A DNA stretch of 64,000 bases from a bacterium (lineage in GTDB: Bacteria; Patescibacteriota; UBA1384; 2-12-FULL-50-11): assembly GCA_021463485.1 (NCBI GenBank), contig JAJTYJ010000001.1, forward strand, positions 139,932-203,931, in the 5' to 3' direction. A program made the position numbers and the translations under genes. Positions 1 to 9,000 of this stretch are shown here, piece by piece; position 1 is the stretch's first letter; every line of letters starts with the position of its first letter. Below the pieces are notes generated by a model. It did not search any database, was not told where the DNA came from, and worked only from the letters and a program-made list of their open reading frames with translations.

Positions 1-29
1 CGCCCAAAGAGGCCGCGCTTAGCCACCCA

Positions 30-51
30 GGAGCCTCACGGCTCCTTTTTT
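30..51 (+). terminator. Intrinsic terminator of a gene upstream of the window
   Basis: GGAGCC-tcac-GGCTCC stem followed by a T6 tract. Confidence 0.75.
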
Positions 52-63
52 AATTGATCTACC

Positions 64-92
64 TAGACACGATAGTACGAGACCGTTAGCCT
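64..92 (+). promoter_or_regulatory. Sigma70-type promoter, probably leaderless
   Basis: TAGACA-N17-TAGCCT, then 6 nt to ATG 99; near-identical layout at 1481-1509. Confidence 0.55.
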
Positions 93-98
93 AGCATT

Positions 99-233
99 AT
101 GGAAGCTGAAGAAAATAAGCCAAAGAAAGAGAGTTTTGAATCGCTATCCAAGGACGAACAAATGGAATACCTGGAGAAGGGTATTGTTTTTGGTGACCAC
201 AAACTAAAGAAAAAACGTAAAACCAATGGCTGA
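99..233 (+). CDS. Small charged hypothetical protein (44 aa, MEAEENKPKKESFESLSKDEQMEYLEKG...)
   Basis: ORF read manually, below the track cutoff; ATG is 6 nt after a -10-like hexamer and the stop overlaps the start of the next gene. Confidence 0.5.
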   Translation: MEAEENKPKKESFESLSKDEQMEYLEKGIVFGDHKLKKKRKTNG

Positions 234-1410
234 GCGTAACTTTATAGTTGGCTCTTCCTTCGAAGGCGCTGAAGGAATGTTTGAACAGCCAGAAGAACAG
301 AAATCTGAGCTAACTGAAGAACAATACCGTGCCGCTCGAGAAAAGAAAGAGATTATTCCGGATATAAAGGGACGGTTTGAACAAACGCTTACTGAAAACG
401 GTTGGGAGCTCGTTCAGGATATCTCTGAGGATATACACTACCCAAGTATTGAGGAATGGCTCCGATTTAGAATCGAGCATAATCGCGGCACAAAGTTCTA
501 CCCTTGTTTTGTGCGCGATGCAAATGGTGAGGTTAGTTTTGTGAAGTTTCAGGTATCAACCGACCAAAATGCTTTGCATGGTCTGGCGCAGGAGCAGCAT
601 GTTTTTGCAGCAGGTATCCCAGAAATAATTGACTCACCTGCGATGATATCCGATGCTGCACCGGACGAATCACAGCTTGGTTATATGGAATTCGAGGCAA
701 TTCCTTACGAGGAGGGACAGGTACTAAAAACTGAAGATATTTCGCTCGAACAGTGCGATATAGTTGCGGTAAAAATTAATACGTTAGAGAATTACCCGAT
801 CGATCAACTACCAACCGAGTATCATATCCCCGATTTGCTCGGTGACAAATCGATCCAAGAAGTATTCAACGACGAACTTGCCACTATTACTGAAGGACTG
901 CAATCATTACCCGAAGATTGGGGAGTCTCCGAGCTTTTTACGCCTGAGTGGCAGCAGTCAATGAATGACTTTGCTTCGAGACTTTCGACAAGGAAAGTAT
1001 TAGTTCACGGTGATGCTGGGAGAAAGAATATAGTATTTTCACGCGACGGAACGGGAGTAAAATTTGTAGACTGGGAGTTGGCAGGTATTGGCTTTCTCGG
1101 ACAAGATGCAGGAAAATTTTTAAACGGGTTAAATGACGGCTCCCAACAACGACGACAGTTTATACAAACGTACACAAATCCGGAGAATCAATTCGATTCC
1201 GAGCGACTACATGGAATGTTTGGATCAGTAATGTTAGAAACACTGCACTCATTTTCATACAGAATGGCTAGGGTTGATCAACTTCTGAAAGGAACTGATG
1301 CTCAGCTCCAAGAGTTAAAAGAGAAGATTTACGGGTATCATCGCTCAATTTCTAAAAAAATTGAGGAGTTTAACAGCTTTATGCCGCCCGAAACTACCGA
1401 GGAACAATAG
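226..1410 (+). CDS. Aminoglycoside phosphotransferase/choline kinase-like (APH/ChoK) kinase
   Basis: Brenner-like motif LVHGDAGRKNIV, Mg-binding FVDWE, and FVK lysine. Confidence 0.75.
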   Translation: MAERNFIVGSSFEGAEGMFEQPEEQKSELTEEQYRAAREKKEIIPDIKGRFEQTLTENGWELVQDISEDIHYPSIEEWLRFRIEHNRGTKFYPCFVRDANGEVSFVKFQVSTDQNALHGLAQEQHVFAAGIPEIIDSPAMISDAAPDESQLGYMEFEAIPYEEGQVLKTEDISLEQCDIVAVKINTLENYPIDQLPTEYHIPDLLGDKSIQEVFNDELATITEGLQSLPEDWGVSELFTPEWQQSMNDFASRLSTRKVLVHGDAGRKNIVFSRDGTGVKFVDWELAGIGFLGQDAGKFLNGLNDGSQQRRQFIQTYTNPENQFDSERLHGMFGSVMLETLHSFSYRMARVDQLLKGTDAQLQELKEKIYGYHRSISKKIEEFNSFMPPETTEEQ

Positions 1411-1480
1411 ACAGTACAAGACCTCTTACGAAATCACCGATGCGCGAACCATCCGGTAAAGTGTCTACTGTATATGAAGC

Positions 1481-1509
1481 TAGACATACCTGCGCCAGAC
1501 CGTTAGCGT
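1481..1509 (+). promoter_or_regulatory. Sigma70-type promoter, probably leaderless
   Basis: TAGACA-N17-TAGCGT, then 6 nt to ATG 1516. Confidence 0.55.
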
Positions 1510-1515
1510 AGAGGT

Positions 1516-2745
1516 ATGAGTAAAGCTCGAAAGATATTTTTCTTTCTTGTGATCCCACTTGTTCTAGTTTTTGCAATTGCCACAGCAGTTGCTGTCAAAC
1601 GAACACCGATTAACACCACAAATAGCCAGACAACCACCGAAACTAAAGATAATGAGAACGAGGCATATAAGGCTGGTAAAGCGATCAGTCGGGGCTGTGA
1701 GGGCGAAGGTTTCCCTTACAAACTAAGCAAGTTACCGATGGACGAGTCAGATTTTTCCGTTGTTATCCCGTACGGCCTAATGGTTGGTGGACACGTAACG
1801 CCGATCGATCATCAGTATTTCGCTCCAGCTGATTATATGTCGAAGCGAGACATCTACGAAGTTTACGCCATGGCCGACGCAACCATCACAGATATCGGCG
1901 AGCGAACTAACGAACGCGGTACTGAATACCGTCTCGTTTTCTCAATTACCTGCAATTATTTCTACTACTACGATCTTGTTACAAGTTTAACGCCGGAAAT
2001 AAAAAAAGTTTACGACGAAGCTAGAGGCGGCTCGCTCAGAAAGCCAATTAGCATAAAAGTTAAAGCCGGCGAACTGATCGGACGAATCGGTGGTCAGACT
2101 CTAGACTTTGCTGTTTGGGACACAACTAAGCCGCTCAAGGGTTTTATCTATCCCGAACATTACAAAGCCGAAAACTGGAAACTCTACACTGCCGATCCGC
2201 TTGACTACTATACCGATGAGTTGAAAGCAAAAATACTTGCGCGTTCTCCAAGAATAGCTGAGCCGGTTAGCGGCAAAATCGATTACGATATTGACGGAAA
2301 ATTGATTGGAAACTGGTTCGAAGAAGGCACTAATTGGTATGGCGGCAAAACTAACGGTACCGGTGGAGAATATTGGGGTGGCCATCTTTCATTTGCCCCT
2401 GATCACTACGATCCGACATACTTTATTATCTCAATTGGAGATTTTGGTGGAGAAGCGAAACAATTTACTACCGTAGCTAACACACCAGACCCTGCTATCG
2501 TTAGTCCTCAAAGCGGTTTAGTTAAATACGAGCTAGTCCAATGGGAGTACACAGACGCAAACGGCGCGCCGTGGTCAGGTAACACACTTATTAAGGGTCC
2601 AAAAGTTAAGCCACAATCGGCAGTCCACGGGTGTGCGCTTGTTCAAATGAAAGATAACCGTTCAATCCAGTTTGAATCATCCCCTAAACAATCCTGTTCG
2701 TCCGTCGTTGGGTTCTCGGCAAAAGTTAAAACTTACCTCCGCTAA
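1516..2745 (+). CDS. Membrane-anchored extracellular protein with an M23/barrel-sandwich-hybrid-like segment
   Basis: N-terminal TM helix, Thr-rich linker, VYAMADATITDI...VKAGELIGRIG pattern; catalytic M23 motifs are not clear. Confidence 0.55.
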   Translation: MSKARKIFFFLVIPLVLVFAIATAVAVKRTPINTTNSQTTTETKDNENEAYKAGKAISRGCEGEGFPYKLSKLPMDESDFSVVIPYGLMVGGHVTPIDHQYFAPADYMSKRDIYEVYAMADATITDIGERTNERGTEYRLVFSITCNYFYYYDLVTSLTPEIKKVYDEARGGSLRKPISIKVKAGELIGRIGGQTLDFAVWDTTKPLKGFIYPEHYKAENWKLYTADPLDYYTDELKAKILARSPRIAEPVSGKIDYDIDGKLIGNWFEEGTNWYGGKTNGTGGEYWGGHLSFAPDHYDPTYFIISIGDFGGEAKQFTTVANTPDPAIVSPQSGLVKYELVQWEYTDANGAPWSGNTLIKGPKVKPQSAVHGCALVQMKDNRSIQFESSPKQSCSSVVGFSAKVKTYLR

Positions 2746-2755
2746 TCACAGTTAT

Positions 2756-2783
2756 AAAAAACCGCTGGGCGAACCATGCGGTT
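2756..2783 (-). terminator. Intrinsic terminator of the 2797-3111 orphan gene
   Basis: AACCGC...GCGGTT stem preceded by an A-run on the + strand. Confidence 0.55.
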
Positions 2784-2796
2784 GAGTCGGAGCGAC

Positions 2797-3111
2797 TTAT
2801 CCGTCGTACTCGACATTGGCGTTGACGTGGGGGTAGAACCTGAGCACCCCCTCTTCGTCGCGCATCAGCGAAACGTTGCCGAACTTGTTGACGAAGAGAA
2901 CTGTCACCTCCTGACCTTCTCGAAGCGGCGGGTCGAACCTCTGCACAGGGATCTGTGAGTTACTGTGCTCGACGTGGTAACCGGCAACTTTGCCGTGTAC
3001 CGGGACAAACGACTTGATCTCGCCAAGAGCGAGACGACGTGCCCAGTCTTGGGCTTCCTCGAAACTAGTCTGTCCGGGTCCGAACAGACTAGCGAAGTAC
3101 AATTTGTGCAT
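2797..3111 (-). CDS. Orphan hypothetical protein (104 aa)
   Basis: ATG with GGAG SD, 5' hairpin, TAAACT -10 and its own terminator. Confidence 0.65.
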   Translation of the reverse strand: MHKLYFASLFGPGQTSFEEAQDWARRLALGEIKSFVPVHGKVAGYHVEHSNSQIPVQRFDPPLREGQEVTVLFVNKFGNVSLMRDEEGVLRFYPHVNANVEYDG

Positions 3112-3263
3112 TTGCGATCTCCACTAACTGAGCTTGCTCAATTAGTTTACGTAGTTTAGCAAAAGTCTGAGGAAAATGCAGCGCCCTGGGCTATGGCACT
3201 TCGGTTTATGCAGTTCTTGACAGCCCTATCCGATAAGCGTGCAATGACCTCAAAGGAGGCGCA

Positions 3264-3668
3264 ATGGATAATAAACTTGCGTTGGATATCGTCAAAGTGT
3301 TTGCGGTGATCGGGTTACTTGATACGTTGTATCTTATCTATCACAAACTGCGGGGAACCGACGTTTGGTGTCCGTTTTTTCCCGACGAGTGGTGTAGAAA
3401 AGTTCAAACAGCGCCTCAAAGTAAAACCTTTGGCATTCCGAATCCGATTCTCGGCTTCTTTATGTATGTAATTCTTCTTGCGATCGTTTTCTGGTACAGC
3501 GCCAACGCGCTCGGAATTGCAAAAATTGTTATCTGGATCGGCTTTGCGTTCTCGATGTACTTCACCTACGTCCAGGCATTCGTACTACGAGCGTTTTGTA
3601 CTTGGTGCGTTCTATCAGCAGTCAATTTTACCGTCATGTTTATCGCCAGTTTCTACTTAGTTTCGTAA
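3264..3668 (+). CDS. Vitamin K epoxide reductase (VKOR) family membrane protein
   Basis: Loop cysteines (WCPFFPDEWC), FGIPN, C-terminal CTWC, four TM helices; AGGAGG SD. Confidence 0.85.
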   Translation: MDNKLALDIVKVFAVIGLLDTLYLIYHKLRGTDVWCPFFPDEWCRKVQTAPQSKTFGIPNPILGFFMYVILLAIVFWYSANALGIAKIVIWIGFAFSMYFTYVQAFVLRAFCTWCVLSAVNFTVMFIASFYLVS

Positions 3669-4382
3669 ATCGAAACGCTGTTCGAGCCGCATAATCGGAT
3701 CGTACCAGCCGTTATCGAGCACGAACGTTTGGAAGCTTTTGTCTAGGCCAAGTACAACAGCGACACCGGCAACAACGAGTAGTAATCCTATCCCTTTATG
3801 GAACCAGCCGTGGGGATCAGCGGCCCAACCAAGTTTCGAGACAATCGAGCGACCAAGCAGCGCGATCAGCGAGAGCGCGACCGCCAAACCTAGGGCGTAG
3901 AGAATTAAATATAACAATCCCTGGGTAAACGACGTTGGCAAGATTACGGCAACGATAAGCGCATACGTCGGACTACAGCTATTAAATACTGGCCCCAGAG
4001 CCGCACCGAGCAAAAAATCTCCCCATTTATTCCGCTGACCGCCAGCTGATTGCAACGACTGCCCAGCTTTTGCACTAAGTGGCGCTGCGAGTTTTTCCCA
4101 AAGGCCGGGAAAAAGCATAACCAGACCAAAAAACACCAACAACACTCCGGAAACGACTTGCCAGAATTGTTGCGGCACGCCTAATAAAGCTGTGGTTGCT
4201 TTAAGTAGAAGAGAAAAGACGACAACAGAGATTGTGAGTCCGAGGATAATCGTGAAAACTCTCGCGGTCTTCGATGTACCGTTCGTTGTACCAACAAGCA
4301 CAACCGGGAGTAGCGGTAAAATGCACGGCGCTAATACCGTTAAAAACCCGGCAAAAAACGATACGACTACTAGCGAGATCAT
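3657..4382 (-). CDS. ccdA: CcdA/DsbD transmembrane-domain protein
   Basis: AGFLTVLAPCILPLLP and FNSCSP cysteine motifs, about six TM helices. Confidence 0.8.
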   Translation of the reverse strand: MISLVVVSFFAGFLTVLAPCILPLLPVVLVGTTNGTSKTARVFTIILGLTISVVVFSLLLKATTALLGVPQQFWQVVSGVLLVFFGLVMLFPGLWEKLAAPLSAKAGQSLQSAGGQRNKWGDFLLGAALGPVFNSCSPTYALIVAVILPTSFTQGLLYLILYALGLAVALSLIALLGRSIVSKLGWAADPHGWFHKGIGLLLVVAGVAVVLGLDKSFQTFVLDNGWYDPIMRLEQRFDLRN

Positions 4383-4861
4383 AATAGGTTGCTTTTAACG
4401 GAGTCGAAGTTAGGCTGATCGTACGCAACGTACTTCTCAACAAGGTTACCTTGTGCGTCGAGCCGAACCACCGTTGTTTGAACTGTTACGCCGTACTGTT
4501 TTCTTAAAGCTTGGTTTGAGTCGTAATCGACTTTAAAGATAGTCACACCGGATGGGATATCGCTCTGTTTAATGCTCGCATCGAGCGCTCGACACTGTGG
4601 GCACCAAGATGCATGAAAAAACAACAGCCGAGTTCCCTCGGTAGCGCTAACTGCCTCGGCGGAATAGTCCTTATACTCTCCCCCAGCAGCAGCGGTGTCC
4701 GTAGCGTCGGCTGAGCCCGAGTCTGTCGGTACGGTCGACTCTTGATTAGTCGGTGCTGTCGCGTTTTCGTCTACTGATTCTTGAGAGTTACTATTTTTGA
4801 TGAATATAACCGCAGCTCCAATCACAACTAACCCTATAACGATACCAATAATTATTTTCAT
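4379..4861 (-). CDS. Membrane-anchored thioredoxin-family protein
   Basis: FHASWCPQC; start reassigned to MKIIIG (4861), 6 nt after TATAGT; ATGA coupling to ccdA. Confidence 0.85.
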   Translation of the reverse strand: MKIIIGIVIGLVVIGAAVIFIKNSNSQESVDENATAPTNQESTVPTDSGSADATDTAAAGGEYKDYSAEAVSATEGTRLLFFHASWCPQCRALDASIKQSDIPSGVTIFKVDYDSNQALRKQYGVTVQTTVVRLDAQGNLVEKYVAYDQPNFDSVKSNLL

Positions 4862-4937
4862 TCTTGAACTATAGCAGGAATGAGACTCAAATTGTTGAGA
4901 TGTTTCTATTGCCCCCAATTAGGTGTACATAAATACT

Positions 4938-5336
4938 ATGAGCGAGCTTGAACCGGGCTATAACCCAGAGAATAGCGAGGCTGAGCAGAAACAAGAGTTT
5001 AATCTGCCTAAGATTTTGGAGCTTCTCGGATTTCACGAATCCGAGGAGATGCAACACACGCATCATCTGCTCGCCGAAGCTATCCGAGCGAACAACGAAG
5101 AAGACCGCAAGCAATTACACAACGAGTACAGCGACCAATTAGAGGCGTTAGTCGAAAGTGTGGATTCGGCCGAAGTACGGATTGGCGCTCAGATCGCTCG
5201 AGCCAGTATTTATAAAGAAGGCGGAGATGTTAGCAGATACGTCGAAGATCTCGAGGATATTCCTGAAGCCTTAAATAGTATCGGACTGACTGAACTTGCC
5301 TGGGAGATCGAAGACGAGATCGATTCGTATAAATAA
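4938..5336 (+). CDS. Acidic helical hypothetical protein
   Basis: Long ORF with E/D-rich helical composition; start taken as MSELEP. Confidence 0.6.
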   Translation: MSELEPGYNPENSEAEQKQEFNLPKILELLGFHESEEMQHTHHLLAEAIRANNEEDRKQLHNEYSDQLEALVESVDSAEVRIGAQIARASIYKEGGDVSRYVEDLEDIPEALNSIGLTELAWEIEDEIDSYK

Positions 5337-5347
5337 TAATTAGTTAA

Positions 5348-5905
5348 TTACGAGTTGGCCGCGATCGCCAGCAACAGTATTCCTAGGGTATTTAAGACAA
5401 AAGCTATTAACGCAAGTGAGTGAACTTTTATTTTTGTGATTCCAAGAAGCGTCAATCCTAACTCATCCGGTAGCGGGGACGCGATAATCGCCGCCCCTAA
5501 GACCGGGGCAAACCAACCAAAGTAGCGAGAATTAACAATATTGATCCTCCTGTACAGATGTAATGCTTTTAACAGTGGGTTTAATTCTGCTAGTAAGCGC
5601 TCGCGAACGAAAATAAATCCGATCAAATCTCCGATAGTCGCCCCTAACCCGCCGATAATTGCCACAACTACTGGATCTGTTGTCTTGGCAAAAACAAATA
5701 ATACTGCAGCCGCCGGAACAACGGTAAAGGTAGAAACAAACAGTAACCCCGCAACAAAAATCCCAAGATACCCAAGATAACCCAGTAAGTCGACAACGGA
5801 TTGTAGAGAACCGTTCTTCAGCCCAATGATAGTAAGTAGCACGCTCACTAGTAGGATCGACAGGTTAGGATACTTCCAGTGGAACTCCTCACGAAATAAA
5901 CGCAT
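5348..5905 (-). CDS. DedA/VTT (SNARE-associated) family membrane protein
   Basis: GGLGATIGDLIGF and SPLPDE motifs, multiple TM helices. Confidence 0.7.
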   Translation of the reverse strand: MRLFREEFHWKYPNLSILLVSVLLTIIGLKNGSLQSVVDLLGYLGYLGIFVAGLLFVSTFTVVPAAAVLFVFAKTTDPVVVAIIGGLGATIGDLIGFIFVRERLLAELNPLLKALHLYRRINIVNSRYFGWFAPVLGAAIIASPLPDELGLTLLGITKIKVHSLALIAFVLNTLGILLLAIAANS

Positions 5906-5950
5906 ACATCAATATTAGTTTAAAAACTCCTCGTTGCTACCGATTTGTAC

Positions 5951-5978
5951 TTTACAGATTCATATATATCGCTATGAT
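5951..5978 (+). promoter_or_regulatory. Sigma70 promoter of the RRM gene
   Basis: TTTACA-N16-TATGAT about 105 nt upstream of ATG 6084. Confidence 0.55.
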
Positions 5979-6083
5979 TACTGTTGTAGGTTCGAGAAGG
6001 TAATGAACTATTTGCAATATTGCGGGTCCATGACCGTTCGACATCAAGGTCGTCCTACGGTGAAAGTGTAAGAAAGGAACGTC

Positions 6084-6407
6084 ATGGAAGAAACAAACAA
6101 CCAAGAACAAGCCGCTTCAGGCAAGCGTCTTTTTATCGGTAACATCAGCTACAACTCGACCAACGACAGCCTCAAGGCTGCCTTTGATCAGTTTGGTACA
6201 GTTGAGTCTGCCGAGATCAAATACGATCGCGACAACCGCTCAAAGGGTTTTGCTTTCGTTGAGATGAGTACCCCAGAAGAAGCGCAAGCTGCTATCGAAG
6301 GTATGAACGGTAAAGAGCTCGACGGTCGACCGCTCACGGTCAACGTTGCTCGTCCAATGCAACCACGCGACAATCGCGGCGGTGGCAACAGTAATTGGAG
6401 CCGATAA
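6084..6407 (+). CDS. RRM (RNP-1) RNA-binding protein
   Basis: RNP2 LFIGNI, RNP1 KGFAFVEM, Gly/Arg tail; AAGGA SD. Confidence 0.92.
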   Translation: MEETNNQEQAASGKRLFIGNISYNSTNDSLKAAFDQFGTVESAEIKYDRDNRSKGFAFVEMSTPEEAQAAIEGMNGKELDGRPLTVNVARPMQPRDNRGGGNSNWSR

Positions 6408-6422
6408 ACAAGTAAAATTGTA

Positions 6423-6468
6423 GAACAGAACAGCTCCTGTTGCTTCACAGCCGGGAGCTGTTACTGTT
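6423..6468 (+). terminator. Stem-loop after the RRM gene
   Basis: AACAGCTCC...GGAGCTGTT inverted repeat. Confidence 0.5.
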
Positions 6469-6492
6469 ATATAAAAGAGAATAGGAGGGGAA

Positions 6493-6711
6493 ATGTTTTG
6501 GAAAAGACAAGACAAGTCGTTCGTAGCAGTAGCATTAAGTGTTATTTTTATCGGTGCGGCAATTTTTGCGTTCGGTGTGAGCGGTTGGTTGATTAACTTC
6601 GCTCAAGAAGAGACGATCGTTGCGTTCCCATCGATTAAAGTAATGGGTGGACTCATTATTATGAGTCTCGGCTATATCCAGCTCGAACTCGGTCTACTTC
6701 GTAACAAGTAA
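6493..6711 (+). CDS. Small two-TM membrane protein
   Basis: AGGAGG SD, two hydrophobic helices. Confidence 0.65.
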   Translation: MFWKRQDKSFVAVALSVIFIGAAIFAFGVSGWLINFAQEETIVAFPSIKVMGGLIIMSLGYIQLELGLLRNK

Positions 6712-6714
6712 CCG

Positions 6715-8592
6715 ATGCGAAAAAAACTACTGATCATCGCCGGGTTTTTAGTGGTAGTAGGTATCGCCGCTTTTGTATATTTTAATCGCAGCGAAGAGAG
6801 CGGAGAGTTTGAGGCGGCGTCTGTAACAACAGATGTTAAAGCGTATCCAGCTGACTCATTCGTCGAGTCGTTTGGTCTCAACACGCACTTTAGTTACGCC
6901 GACTACAACACTAATAGTTACTTCACCGATGTTTACACTTCTGTTGTTAAGCCAAAACTAAAAGAATTAGGCGTGCGTTATATCCGAGACAGCCATGGCA
7001 CGATGGGAACAGGCAATAACTCATTTAAGCGCTACGCCGAGCGGCTATCAGAACTGAGCAACCCGACAGACGGCAGCGCACCGATTGCGGTTAACTTAAT
7101 AGTTTCTAACTCAACCACATCAACCGCTTTCCCTGGAAATAAATGTTTCCAGGTTAAAAATAAACTACTACTGCAAGGTGGGGTTATCCCGAGCGGCTGT
7201 GGAGAAGAAGTCGGACAAACCGTAACGGCTGCAGTTAAGATCGCCGCGCTTGAAGGACCAAACGAGCCCGATCACTGTTTCTCTTGGAGACCGGAGTGCC
7301 AGATCTCCGGCACTTGGTACGATAAAATTACCAACAGAAATCCAACCTGGATCGAAGATACGATCAGCGCGATGCGATCGCTGTACGACGGGCTAAATGC
7401 CGATCCGTTAACTCAGTCTATTCCGATCCTCTCACCGTCGTACGTTCACCTCGAAGAATTTAGTACCGCAAAAAAGACTAATCCTGATGGTACTACAACA
7501 GACGTTTCGGCTGAGTTAGCGAAACTTGATGTGATTAAACCATTAGTCGACACGGGTAGCTTTCACCCGTACTGCACCGGTAAAGCTCAATCTTCTTGTT
7601 TGGGGCCAAAAGTTCAAGCCTGGCAAGCGTACTTGCCCGGTAAAAAACTAACTGCGACTGAATTAGGTTGGCCTGCCGCTACGCCGGTTCAAACCGGATT
7701 AGTCTCAGAAATCCAACAAGCTAAATATCTTCCGAGATCGCTCTTCACTCACTTTACGACTTCAGTAGACGCTCAAGGTCTTTCAGCGATCGATAAAAGT
7801 TATAACTACGAACTGCTCGACGAAGTTAGCCAATCCGACACTAAACAAAAAAATTTCGGGATCGTACGCGCCAACGGCACACCGAAACCGGCATTTACTG
7901 CCGTAAAGAACATCATCTCTCTACTAAAGGACCCGGGCTCCAGCTTTACAACTGGAAACTTAAACTACTCGCTAGCCAACAGTAGCACAACGCTCCGACA
8001 CGTCCTGTTTCAAAAGCGAGACAAGAGCTTTTGGCTAGTCGCCTATAACGACGTCGCAAGCAGTACCGATACCGACTCGATTGTTCCGGCAACGCTACAG
8101 CTCGGCACAATCTCAGATGTTACCGTCTACTCGCAAGATAGCGTCTCCCCAGTTGCGAGTTACACCAAAACCCAATCAGTAGCGCTTTCCATCCCGGACA
8201 AAATTGTGCTTATAAAAATCGTTCCGTCGGTAGTTGAGGAACCGCCTCCAAGTATTTCGATGCACGTCGGCGATATCGATTCGAGTACTTCTGCAGTTCA
8301 ACGAAACGGGCGATGGTCCGGGTCGGTTACGGTGACTGCCCACGATCAAAATGAAGTAGCGCTTTCTGGTGTGGTCGTACGTGGAACTTGGACCGGCGGG
8401 TATTCTGGGACAACAAGTTGTACAACAATCAACGGTAAATGCGTTATGTCGTTCCCAACAATAAAGAAAGCCTCTGTTACATTAACTGTAACTTCGCTAA
8501 GTAAGTCTGGTTACGTCTACCAGTCTGTCAGTAACCACGATCCAGACGGGTCGAGTAACGGCACGGTTATTACCGTTCGAAAGCCAAACTAA
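6715..8592 (+). CDS. Membrane-anchored clan GH-A glycoside hydrolase-like protein with a C-terminal Ig-like beta domain
   Basis: N-terminal TM; FGLNTH, ELGVRYIRD, EGPNEPD (acid/base), TELGW (nucleophile), NFGIVRANGTPKPAF. Confidence 0.7.
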   Translation: MRKKLLIIAGFLVVVGIAAFVYFNRSEESGEFEAASVTTDVKAYPADSFVESFGLNTHFSYADYNTNSYFTDVYTSVVKPKLKELGVRYIRDSHGTMGTGNNSFKRYAERLSELSNPTDGSAPIAVNLIVSNSTTSTAFPGNKCFQVKNKLLLQGGVIPSGCGEEVGQTVTAAVKIAALEGPNEPDHCFSWRPECQISGTWYDKITNRNPTWIEDTISAMRSLYDGLNADPLTQSIPILSPSYVHLEEFSTAKKTNPDGTTTDVSAELAKLDVIKPLVDTGSFHPYCTGKAQSSCLGPKVQAWQAYLPGKKLTATELGWPAATPVQTGLVSEIQQAKYLPRSLFTHFTTSVDAQGLSAIDKSYNYELLDEVSQSDTKQKNFGIVRANGTPKPAFTAVKNIISLLKDPGSSFTTGNLNYSLANSSTTLRHVLFQKRDKSFWLVAYNDVASSTDTDSIVPATLQLGTISDVTVYSQDSVSPVASYTKTQSVALSIPDKIVLIKIVPSVVEEPPPSISMHVGDIDSSTSAVQRNGRWSGSVTVTAHDQNEVALSGVVVRGTWTGGYSGTTSCTTINGKCVMSFPTIKKASVTLTVTSLSKSGYVYQSVSNHDPDGSSNGTVITVRKPN

Positions 8593-8620
8593 AAAGAGGG
8601 GTAAAACCCCTCTTTTTAGT
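8588..8620. terminator. Bidirectional intrinsic terminator
   Basis: Perfect 14-bp inverted repeat ACTAAAAAGAGGGG/CCCCTCTTTTTAGT between convergent genes. Confidence 0.85.
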
Positions 8621-8643
8621 TTTCGCAATTGCGATAACGCGAA

Positions 8644-8883
8644 CTACATTGGCTTTTGACCGCCCATGCTATTGTCGCTTGAGCCACCCTTACTAAACAT
8701 AGAGATGAGGCTCCACAGCGCCGCTAGACCAACTAGGCTGTAGATAACGCGTGAAAGCATGGAATCCATGCCGCCGAATAAACTTGCCACTAGATCGTAT
8801 TGGAAGAATCCAACAAGACCCCAGTTAAGTCCTCCGATAAACAGTAGGACCCAAACTAACATTCCCATTCCACTCATTTTCAT
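8644..8883 (-). CDS. DUF378 family small membrane protein
   Basis: IGGLNWGLVGFFQYDLV...RVIYSLVGLAAL signature; GGAGGTG SD. Confidence 0.85.
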   Translation of the reverse strand: MKMSGMGMLVWVLLFIGGLNWGLVGFFQYDLVASLFGGMDSMLSRVIYSLVGLAALWSLISMFSKGGSSDNSMGGQKPM

Positions 8884-9000
8884 ACCACCTCACCTCCTTC
8901 CTCATTTTTGTTAAAACTACTCTTGTCTTTACTTTTACCGTTATTTACTCCGAGCGCAATACCCACTTGAATCGTTCTCGAATGAGCGTACGCTACAAGT

